IMG/VR virus record: IMGVR_UViG_3300031261_000045
Length of the DNA: 35,780 nucleotides
Direction: 5' to 3' (one strand)
DNA from: a virus
The notes below the pieces were generated by a model. It ran no database searches, was not told the DNA's origin, and saw nothing but the letters and a program-made list of their open reading frames with translations. Every line of letters begins with the position of its first letter. Positions within the stretch are counted from its first letter, which is position 1. This document shows positions 24,519 through 32,037 of the stretch, one piece after another. A program made the translations under genes and the position numbers.

Positions 24519-24947
24519 TCAGCTTGAGCGGACCGCAACATTGGGTAGCGGGAGCGAGACCACGGGTGCTGCGATACTGATCTGACAGTTGGACAGGCGA
24601 GCGGCGGCAGCCTCGATTGCCGCCATCAGATTCTCAAGGGCGGCAATCAGCTTGATCATTTGTTTGATATAGTTCAAGTTGACGGTGATTGATGGCGCCA
24701 CGAAATTGGTGATCCATTTGATACATCCGCCCAGACTGGTTGGTATGGTGATCAGAATATTCAACACGGCGATCTGCGATTCCATCGCCTCGATCTCGGT
24801 TTGGATTTCGGCCATCGCTTCATCGACGATGGCCTGGATCGCCGCGCATGGATTGATCGCATCGACATCATCCGCAATGCCATTGATCTGATCGGTAATA
24901 TTGGCTAGGTACGCCGGATTGAAAACGGCCGCGCCTTGTGGCTGCAT
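24519..24947 (-). CDS. Hypothetical protein (142 aa), likely a baseplate or spike-associated component by context
   Basis: Its start lies 9 nt after the stop of the 58-aa gene. No family recognised. Confidence 0.5.
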   Translation of the reverse strand: MQPQGAAVFNPAYLANITDQINGIADDVDAINPCAAIQAIVDEAMAEIQTEIEAMESQIAVLNILITIPTSLGGCIKWITNFVAPSITVNLNYIKQMIKLIAALENLMAAIEAAAARLSNCQISIAAPVVSLPLPNVAVRSS

Positions 24948-24956
24948 GATGAACTC

Positions 24957-25130
24957 TCAAAAAATGTTGGTGATGATGCCGTTCTGCACGGTGACGATTT
25001 GCCCGGTCAGTGTGCTGAATGAGCCGCTTGCGCCGACGCCGACTTGCAACACATTATCGATTTTGACCACGGTGCCGCCGATCTCGGAATAACTGTTATT
25101 AACCGGGGGTGTTGGGGTTGTGCCGCTCAT
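24957..25130 (-). CDS. Small protein (58 aa) immediately downstream of the spike gene. It is a possible spike-tip or cap protein, although no PAAR motif is recognisable.
   Basis: MSGTTPTPPVNNSYSEIGGTVVKIDNVLQVGVGASGSFSTLTGQIVTVQNGIITNIF. GGAGAAG SD sits 3 nt before the ATG, and CTAAATAG lies ~25 nt upstream. The longer 187-aa ORF overlapping the spike gene is rejected. Confidence 0.45.
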   Translation of the reverse strand: MSGTTPTPPVNNSYSEIGGTVVKIDNVLQVGVGASGSFSTLTGQIVTVQNGIITNIF

Positions 25131-25152
25131 GATCTTCTCCGTTATATCGTGT

Positions 25153-25160
25153 CTATTTAG
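25153..25160 (-). promoter_or_regulatory. CTAAATAG motif overlapping the spike stop codon, ~25 nt upstream of the 58-aa gene
   Basis: Minus strand reads gatCTAAATAGacacgatataacGGAGAAGatcATG. Confidence 0.4.
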
Positions 25161-28100
25161 ATCGTCATCGCCGCATAGGTGACGTTTGGCAGGTCTTGCG
25201 CGGTCCAGGCATAATTGACCGATTCGAACGCGCCTGCCCGCGATCCCAATGATCCCCAGTATGCGGTCGGGAATTGGCCGCGAACCAAGGGTCCGGCCAC
25301 TACCACCACAACATGGCCGTGGATATCGGGCTGGGCTTGCTGACTGCCATTGAGACCGGCCACAACCAACTGCCCGGCTTGCGCGCTCGCTGCCGCTGCG
25401 ACCCCGTTGCTGAGCGGACTCCACTGGCCGCCAGCTTTCAGCGCTGCGGTAATCGCATTGGCATTGCCTGTGATGGTGACCCCTAGAAGACTGCCCACGG
25501 CCTGAACAAACCCACTGCAATTGCCGGTATGGGCCGGGTAGGCTTGGATACAGGCGGCTTGGACGCGATTGGATGCCTGTGGATTGGACCCCAAGTTCAC
25601 AGCAGCGTAGAGCCGGGCGTTATCTGGACTGGCGATATCAAAGGGAATGATGCGTTCCCCGGCGGGTTGACCGGGTGCTTGGCTGTAAACTTGTATTCCG
25701 GCTATGCCGGTATAGTTCGGATTGCCGATTTGCACGATGCCAAGATAAATGGCGGCATGATCGCGATAGGTGCCATTGTCGTTAAAGATGGCAATCGGCT
25801 GATTGGCCGCCCAGGTGGTGTAATCGGCATTGCCTTTTTTCCATTGCGTTGGATTTGACAAGTTGGAGAGCAGGGAGGCGGGTGATGAGGTCGGCCCGAC
25901 GAAGCCATTCGCGTTGGGTTTGAGGGCCGCCAGACCGCCAGGGGTCTGGTCGCACTCGCCGCTCCCGCCAACTGGCGCATTGATCACGGGGGGTGGCACG
26001 ACCGCTGGGCGCCCCCCGCCCAGTGTCGCCGAGCTTGCTGGTTGGGTGGCCAGATTGACGGGCTGTGGTGCGGCCATGGCGGCAGCCGCGCTCGCAGTTG
26101 GATCGAGAGGGGTGGCTGGATTGCCTGTGGTGTTGCGATCACAGGGAGCAGGTAAACCATATTGACCGGAATAGGCTTTGGCTTTGGCATCGGCGATGGC
26201 GCTGAGACTGGCCACCACCTCGGCACAACTGCGGTTGCGAAAGATCGAAGGATTGGCGGCAGCGGCGGCCGGGAAGAGGCTTGCGGCACTATCGTTCGGC
26301 GTGTTTTGGGCTGCCGCGATCAGTTTCGGGCCGCCACTCGACCCGGCAAAATGCATAATGTAGAGTTGCCCCGGTGTCGGATTGTTGATGCCTTGTTTTT
26401 TCAGCAGCGCGGCATTGTCATTGATGAACTGACCACCCATCAAGGCGTTACTTTGCGCCTCATTAATCTGGCTGAACCCGACGTTATATTGGTTACCGTA
26501 TTTCGTCACCATGGCGCCCCAGGTGCCTTGGGTGAATTGATACAAACCAGTCGCGCTACTGGTTTTGGCGCCGATACCGGGCTGAAAGCTCGATTCCATA
26601 TCGGCAAACGCCAACATTGTGGCGGGATCGGCATTGGTTTTCGTGCAGGCTTGCATGATCGCGTTGAAGACTTCGGTCGAAATCGGCTTGGTGCCTGCGG
26701 CTCCCGGACTACACCCGGTATCATTGAGCGTGCCATCAGCATTGACGTTCGATGACGAGCCTGCGCCAAACGTTCCGGTGGCATTGATTTCGGTGCAACT
26801 GGTGGGCGGCGGCGGAATGTCGCCATTGGGATGATCGTGCCAGGGTTCATGCGTTGGCATCCGACTGACGATGGTGTTGATCTGGGCACCGGCTTTCCAC
26901 AACGGAATCGTGTCATTAACGAAGCTTTGCTTGGCGTCGCCGTGCATCAGGCCGACTGGCAGGACCGGCGGGGTGATGGTGACCGGCGAATCGGGCATGG
27001 CGGGCGGGGCCGCCCCGGTCATGTCGAGAACCGACGTGCCATCCCGCATTTGCTGACTTCCGGCCCGCTGAGACATCTGCAAACCGGATTGTAACCGCAG
27101 ATTGCCCCCGGCCAGGACGTTCAGATCGGCGGCAACATTGACACTGCCTGCGCCGCCTGCCTGCATGATGAGATCGACCGCCGAGGTGACCTGAAAATCG
27201 GAGGCGGCGATATTCAGAATATTGCCTGCCGAGGTCAATTCGATATTGTTATTGGCATTCAAGTTGATTTTCGCGTTGGCCTGGAGTTGCACATCAGCAC
27301 GCGCGGCGGCGGTGATATTGGCTCCGGCACGCATATGAATATTGCCGCCCGCATCGAGCAAGATGTCGCGATCAGCGCGAATATTCAGGTCCTTTTCGGC
27401 CCGCATACTGATCGAGTCAGCGGTATAGATATCCACCCCGGTATCGGAAACTTCGATCCAACTGTTGCCGTTTTTGGAATTAATGTAGATGTAGCCTGAG
27501 GTTTCGTGAATCAACACCTGAGCGCCCGAGCGACTGCGCAGGCGGATGAATTCATTTGCGGTATTATCATCCACATGCATAGTATTGCCGCGTGGCGACA
27601 AAAAGCCGAACACCTGGGAGGGCGATTCACGCCGGGCTGAGGTGGAAGCCGAGCCCCGTTCGGTATCGCTGGTCAGACCCTCGATGGCGAGTCCATTGGC
27701 CAGCGGTTCAAAACGCGGGCGGCGCGGATTGGTCGTGTCGCCCACACTGGCTTTGTTATACTCAACCACCGGGGCGATTTTCAGTGGGGTACCTGGTTCG
27801 GTGGTGACATTGACCGCGATGCCCGGCACCATCCAATTCATGTTTTGTTGATAGGTGCAGCCCAGCCAGTAGCCGCGCGACATATCGTTATTGGCGAAAA
27901 ACACCACGACCTCGTTATTGAGATCGGGCGGCACCGCCCAGAAGCCATAGGATTGCTGCGATCCATCCATGGTGATGCTGGATTTGGACAGTTTGGTCGG
28001 ATCGGTCGATCCGGCAAACGGACTGACATAACTCACCGTGATCCAGGAGCCGGGATCAGTCGGATCGCCACCACCCAGTTCGGGAATATAGACCCCAAGC

Positions 28101-28210
28101 CGCCCCATGCATTGCGCGTCGGTGTTCTGTTTGACAAAACCGATATAGATCGCCATAGGCAACGATTGACTGGACGGCTGAAAGGCGTTGGGAACGCGAG
28201 AACCGATCAT
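25157..28210 (-). CDS. Baseplate central spike, gp5/VgrG-like, with lytic transglycosylase and CHAP-like domains (1017 aa)
   Basis: N-terminal OB-fold pattern IGFVKQNTDAQCMGRLGVYIP...PGSWITVSYVSPFAGS...GFWAVPPDLNNEVVVFFANNDMSRGYWLG parallels T4 gp5 FVGVVEDVMDPDRRGRVRVRIYG...LPWARVMQP...GTWVIGHFFDGDLQYPVVMG. The middle region has a repetitive beta-helix segment (NIHMRAGANITAAARADVQLQANAKINLNANNNIELTSAGNILNIAASDF...). An SLT-type motif is present: ADMESSFQPGIGAKTSSATGLYQFTQGTW (the ES...GLxQ family 1 lytic transglycosylase signature). The C-terminus has a Cys...His pair (GNCSGFVQAV ... PDIHGHVVVVVAG) resembling CHAP amidase/peptidase motifs. The start overlaps the upstream stop (ATGA). Confidence 0.75.
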   Translation of the reverse strand: MIGSRVPNAFQPSSQSLPMAIYIGFVKQNTDAQCMGRLGVYIPELGGGDPTDPGSWITVSYVSPFAGSTDPTKLSKSSITMDGSQQSYGFWAVPPDLNNEVVVFFANNDMSRGYWLGCTYQQNMNWMVPGIAVNVTTEPGTPLKIAPVVEYNKASVGDTTNPRRPRFEPLANGLAIEGLTSDTERGSASTSARRESPSQVFGFLSPRGNTMHVDDNTANEFIRLRSRSGAQVLIHETSGYIYINSKNGNSWIEVSDTGVDIYTADSISMRAEKDLNIRADRDILLDAGGNIHMRAGANITAAARADVQLQANAKINLNANNNIELTSAGNILNIAASDFQVTSAVDLIMQAGGAGSVNVAADLNVLAGGNLRLQSGLQMSQRAGSQQMRDGTSVLDMTGAAPPAMPDSPVTITPPVLPVGLMHGDAKQSFVNDTIPLWKAGAQINTIVSRMPTHEPWHDHPNGDIPPPPTSCTEINATGTFGAGSSSNVNADGTLNDTGCSPGAAGTKPISTEVFNAIMQACTKTNADPATMLAFADMESSFQPGIGAKTSSATGLYQFTQGTWGAMVTKYGNQYNVGFSQINEAQSNALMGGQFINDNAALLKKQGINNPTPGQLYIMHFAGSSGGPKLIAAAQNTPNDSAASLFPAAAAANPSIFRNRSCAEVVASLSAIADAKAKAYSGQYGLPAPCDRNTTGNPATPLDPTASAAAAMAAPQPVNLATQPASSATLGGGRPAVVPPPVINAPVGGSGECDQTPGGLAALKPNANGFVGPTSSPASLLSNLSNPTQWKKGNADYTTWAANQPIAIFNDNGTYRDHAAIYLGIVQIGNPNYTGIAGIQVYSQAPGQPAGERIIPFDIASPDNARLYAAVNLGSNPQASNRVQAACIQAYPAHTGNCSGFVQAVGSLLGVTITGNANAITAALKAGGQWSPLSNGVAAAASAQAGQLVVAGLNGSQQAQPDIHGHVVVVVAGPLVRGQFPTAYWGSLGSRAGAFESVNYAWTAQDLPNVTYAAMTI

Positions 28211-31200
28211 GAAGAACCTTGTGAAAATGAGTTAGCGCCAAGGGAAAAATATGAGGCGGGGGTGGTGCCATTGGCGTCTTGCGGATTGGCCCCACTCTTG
28301 ATGAAATTGGCCGCGCCAGTCGGCCCCGCGATATGTGCTGCTGCCAATAAGCCTGCGGTTTGATTGGGTGTGGTATCGCCGGTGATCACGCCCTGATTGA
28401 CCAGACTCTGATAGTTACGTTGCATACCCGTATCCATAACCTGATTCTGCACAGTGGGATTGGCGAGATAATCACTTAGCGAATGGATGCCGTCCTTGCC
28501 GGTCCACGAACTGTCTTGCTGGAGCACGGATGAATCGGATTTCGCAGCGATCGCCGAGGCCGCTGTGGTGTAGCCTTGATCGGCCAGATAGGCGGCGCCG
28601 GTTTGGTATTGCCCGACAAAGCCGAGGCCGTTATTGCCTTGTGCGGGATTGTTGCCGGATTCCTTGGCGCCGAGGCTGGCTTTGAGCGCAGCGGTTTGAT
28701 CGGCTGTGAGATTGCCCACCGTCGTCGTGTCAGCGGCTTGCAGAGCCGTGGGGATCGCGGCCGTGGAGGGGCTGGTGCCTTCGGTGAGGCTTTGCAGGGT
28801 GCTGGCGCTCGCGGGGGTCGCTGATTGGGTCATCTGGGCTGAGGACCCGGCCCCACCATTGGTGTTGGCTGAACTGCCTGGGGTATTGGAACTGCCGGTG
28901 ATTCGCGCCGGGTCGAGCAACAGTTCACGATTGGCCATGATGGTCTGTTTGAAGGTGCCATCGGTGAAAAAATTGTTAATGCGGGTCACGGTGTAGAGTC
29001 CACCGAAGATCGGGCTGTCCTTCAACACCGGCTTGAAATCTTCGCCGACAGCACTCGGGTACCGGAACTTCAAATAGAAAAGCTGTCCACCCCCGGACCA
29101 TTCCGGCAGATCGACGAACGTGGCCGGGGTTTCGGCGCGCAGCGCGATTTGTCGTTGCAAATTCGATTGCCCGAGCCAGAACGGATCGCCGCGTATCTGC
29201 ATCTCGATCTGATTGAATTTCGTCATGAAGGTGGGGTCTTCCTGTGCCAGGATCGCGCCCGCGACCGATTGATCGCGCGTGTATTGCCCGGAAAAGCCAT
29301 CCTTACCGCTTGCGATTTTCGCACCCTGCGTGCTGGGCCAAAATGGGATCAAGATCGGCAGATTCTGATTGGCGCTGGTTTTACTGGCGAGCGCCGTGAG
29401 TAAATCTTCGACGAACACTTTATTACTACCTTGCGCGACCTCGGACAGCGTTTTCGGAGTGGATGTGGTGCCGGAAGCATTATTACTGGCCGCCATCGGT
29501 GTATTGCCCAGCGACCTCGGTGTTGTGCCGGGCACGTTACCGGTCAGCGAAGCGGCAACTGACCCTGCCACCCCGTTCGCTTCGACCGTGCTCCGGGCAT
29601 TGGCTGGTAATGCGGCCAGTGTCGAGGCCACTGAGGTCGAGCCGCCGAACAATGCCGCCGTCTGAGCGCCGATGCCATTGGCCTGCACCAGACTGGCCAG
29701 GGACGGGCTGTTGGCCACGTTAGCGGGGGTTGCCACGCACGCTGCGGTGACCGGGGTGCCGCCCGTATTGTCCACCGTGACGTTCTGTTTGCCACTCCCG
29801 ACCGTCAGATCGATATTGGCGGTGTCGCGATCGTAGGTAGGGCATTGGCTGGCGGGATTGTTGGCCGCATTGGATGAGACCGAATCCATGCCCTGGCGCG
29901 CGCCCGCATAGCTTGGGGTTAGTGCCTGAAACATGAAGTTGAAATCGTAATTGAATTCCAGCACTTCGGTGTTGAGACCGGTAAAGACAAAATCATATCG
30001 TTTGTTTAGATACTGGTTATCGATGAGTTTCTGAATCATCTGGCGTTGCACGGCGGGGTCTTTGGCATTGTCGGTTTGGGTTCGGCTGATGATGGCGCTT
30101 TGCGAGGCGCGTGATCGCACATTGTAGACGACTTTTCGGGTGTAATTCAGGGACGTGCCATCTTTATCATGGCCGGTGATTTGCGAGTCCGCCTCGACCG
30201 AAAACAACACCGATTCGCGAAATTTGCAGCCGTTGGTGGTATTTGAATCGAGGTCCTGTCCGGGGTTGTTGGGCAGATCATCGATCGTAATGGTGTGGCC
30301 TTCTTCGGTATGTTGGATCGACGACATAATAAAATTTTGGGTGCTGGCTTGCGGATTAACCACTGGGCTATACTTGCCATTCACCATATCATCCGCTTTG
30401 GACGGGCTCTTGCTGGGTTCTTGCGCTTTCAGCTTGAAGTTTTTCGGGTCTTTGCCGATGGTTGACGCTGGGCCTTTGTCGATCGGGAAACTGACGATGG
30501 AGATGTCCAACAGCGGCAGATTCTTGCTCTTATCGACGCCTTGGGCATCCTCGCGCGCCTTATTGACCTTCGTCGCGTAATCGTCCCAAAGCGCCCCCAA
30601 CGTGTCGCCGACGACGCGAAACGGGGTCATCGACGGCGCATAATGAATGCTGTTATACTGATCGATCAAAGCGGCCGATTCATTCGTCATCAACGTGATG
30701 GTATAGACGCCGCCGCCCTCGTTCAGTTTGACATCGATTTTGGTAATTTGGATCGAATAGGTCCAGACCCCGCCGTTACTAAAGTCCTTCGCGGGATTGA
30801 CATAATTGCCGTTTTCGTCATAGCCTTTGAATTGCACTTCCAGATAGTATGAGCATTTGGTAAAATCAGAGATCGCCAGCTTATTGGCAGCGGCGGGGAA
30901 ACTATCCAGGAAGCTGGAACCCAGCGGATCGGTCACCACCAGGGTAAAGACGCTGGGCGTCATGTAAAGCGTTCGCGCCGTGCTGGCGGCTACCGTGTCG
31001 ATTTCGAGGGACTTGATATTGAACCCGGTCACGCCGCTTTCGGCGATGGTGACTTGCGGGATCGTCTGCATCTTTTGGTTCAGCGTGCTGATATCGGTGG
31101 CGCCGGTCTGCGCCACCATGTCGCCTTCGCGCGCGAGGTAGAAGCGGATATGATAGGTTGGTTGGTAGACCGAGTTCAGCGCATTGCCCTGCATGCCTGC

Positions 31201-31617
31201 AATCATCGCATCGAATGAAGCGGCAGCAGGCCGATTATCCACGGGCAGGGCCTTGATCGGCGGGGCCGGGTCGGTGGCGGGGGCTTCCGGCGATTTCGGC
31301 AGGAAATCGGTCTGCAAGCCGGGCAATCGGTTATCGGAAAAGCTATCGGCCGTGGCGCCCTCGACCGGCAGCCCGTATTGCTGCGAGGTATCGACATTGG
31401 CGCTATTGCCCAGGCTCAGGGTGAGCGGGGCGGCGACCGGCTGGGGCACAAAGCCCGGTGGATTAGGCACCACTGCCGGAGCGACCACCTCCTGCTCGGG
31501 GCTGAATGGTTTGATCACCATGGTCGGGATGGCGGCGCTGTTGGTCAGACTGCTGGGGGTGCCATCGGTCGGAAAAATCTGCAACGGCGCAATGCCGGGG
31601 CGAAAAATATCGGCCAT
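28207..31617 (-). CDS. Large baseplate-hub or tape-measure-like structural protein with a C-terminal lytic transglycosylase-like domain (1136 aa)
   Basis: The N-terminus is Pro-rich, the middle is beta-rich, and the C-terminus carries KESGNNPAQGNNGLGFVGQYQTGAAYL ... LLAAAHIAGPTGA resembling the ES..NP...G(L/F)xQ ... AYNAG blocks of SLT domains. It is translationally coupled on both sides (ATGA overlaps). Which tail component it is remains unassigned. Confidence 0.55.
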   Translation of the reverse strand: MADIFRPGIAPLQIFPTDGTPSSLTNSAAIPTMVIKPFSPEQEVVAPAVVPNPPGFVPQPVAAPLTLSLGNSANVDTSQQYGLPVEGATADSFSDNRLPGLQTDFLPKSPEAPATDPAPPIKALPVDNRPAAASFDAMIAGMQGNALNSVYQPTYHIRFYLAREGDMVAQTGATDISTLNQKMQTIPQVTIAESGVTGFNIKSLEIDTVAASTARTLYMTPSVFTLVVTDPLGSSFLDSFPAAANKLAISDFTKCSYYLEVQFKGYDENGNYVNPAKDFSNGGVWTYSIQITKIDVKLNEGGGVYTITLMTNESAALIDQYNSIHYAPSMTPFRVVGDTLGALWDDYATKVNKAREDAQGVDKSKNLPLLDISIVSFPIDKGPASTIGKDPKNFKLKAQEPSKSPSKADDMVNGKYSPVVNPQASTQNFIMSSIQHTEEGHTITIDDLPNNPGQDLDSNTTNGCKFRESVLFSVEADSQITGHDKDGTSLNYTRKVVYNVRSRASQSAIISRTQTDNAKDPAVQRQMIQKLIDNQYLNKRYDFVFTGLNTEVLEFNYDFNFMFQALTPSYAGARQGMDSVSSNAANNPASQCPTYDRDTANIDLTVGSGKQNVTVDNTGGTPVTAACVATPANVANSPSLASLVQANGIGAQTAALFGGSTSVASTLAALPANARSTVEANGVAGSVAASLTGNVPGTTPRSLGNTPMAASNNASGTTSTPKTLSEVAQGSNKVFVEDLLTALASKTSANQNLPILIPFWPSTQGAKIASGKDGFSGQYTRDQSVAGAILAQEDPTFMTKFNQIEMQIRGDPFWLGQSNLQRQIALRAETPATFVDLPEWSGGGQLFYLKFRYPSAVGEDFKPVLKDSPIFGGLYTVTRINNFFTDGTFKQTIMANRELLLDPARITGSSNTPGSSANTNGGAGSSAQMTQSATPASASTLQSLTEGTSPSTAAIPTALQAADTTTVGNLTADQTAALKASLGAKESGNNPAQGNNGLGFVGQYQTGAAYLADQGYTTAASAIAAKSDSSVLQQDSSWTGKDGIHSLSDYLANPTVQNQVMDTGMQRNYQSLVNQGVITGDTTPNQTAGLLAAAHIAGPTGAANFIKSGANPQDANGTTPASYFSLGANSFSQGSS

Positions 31618-31922
31618 CAGGCGCCCGTTACGCGGCGCAGATAATCATGCTGCGGCACCATGATCTGCAATCCTGGCAGGAAGTTCCAGATCGGGTCGCC
31701 GCGCAGAAACGGATTGCGCTCGCAGAATACCCACCAGAAGGCGGGCGACGCATACAAGTCATAGGACAATCGGTCCGGGCGATACTGATGTTGCGGCAGT
31801 AACGTGTAAAGCTGATCGGTGCCATCCGGCGGCACCGCGCGAAAGACAAAGCGGCCGATTGCCCAACTTTTCTGTGGAGTCGCGCTATAGGGCGAATTGG
31901 CGGGATAGGTGACAACACTCAT
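31617..31922 (-). CDS. LysM-like tail protein X / gp53-like protein (101 aa from ATG 31922; ORF opens at TTG 31928)
   Basis: YRPDRLSYDLYASPAFWWVFCERNPFLRGDPIWNFLPGLQIMVP fits the Phage_tail_X/LysM pattern (GDTLDSIA..YYG ... ANP ... L.aG..L.lP). GAGGA SD is present. It is the first gene of the minus-strand operon. Confidence 0.5.
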   Translation of the reverse strand: MSVVTYPANSPYSATPQKSWAIGRFVFRAVPPDGTDQLYTLLPQHQYRPDRLSYDLYASPAFWWVFCERNPFLRGDPIWNFLPGLQIMVPQHDYLRRVTGA

Positions 31923-32037
31923 GATCAAATCCTCTGTCCAATATTTAGGCGGACAGGATTAACCAAGCAGTTTTCTACTTGTACTTTTGAAATCCCGCCC
32001 TATATAGCAAGCGGCTTCATTTTAGGTTTATCGCATT
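31923..32037. promoter_or_regulatory. Divergent intergenic control region between the structural operon and the sigma gene. It contains CCTAAATATT (minus strand, 31940-31949) and CCCTATATAGC (plus strand, ~32000).
   Basis: Minus strand reads tccgCCTAAATATTggacaGAGGAtttgatcATG. The plus strand upstream of the sigma ATG has TATATAGC, echoing the TTTATAGC upstream of the gp25-like gene. Confidence 0.4.

Noticed and set aside
24957-25520. 187-aa minus-strand ORF
   Set aside because: Its upstream two thirds overlap the 3-prime end of the spike gene in another frame. Only the terminal 58 codons from the ATG with a GGAGAAG SD are credible.
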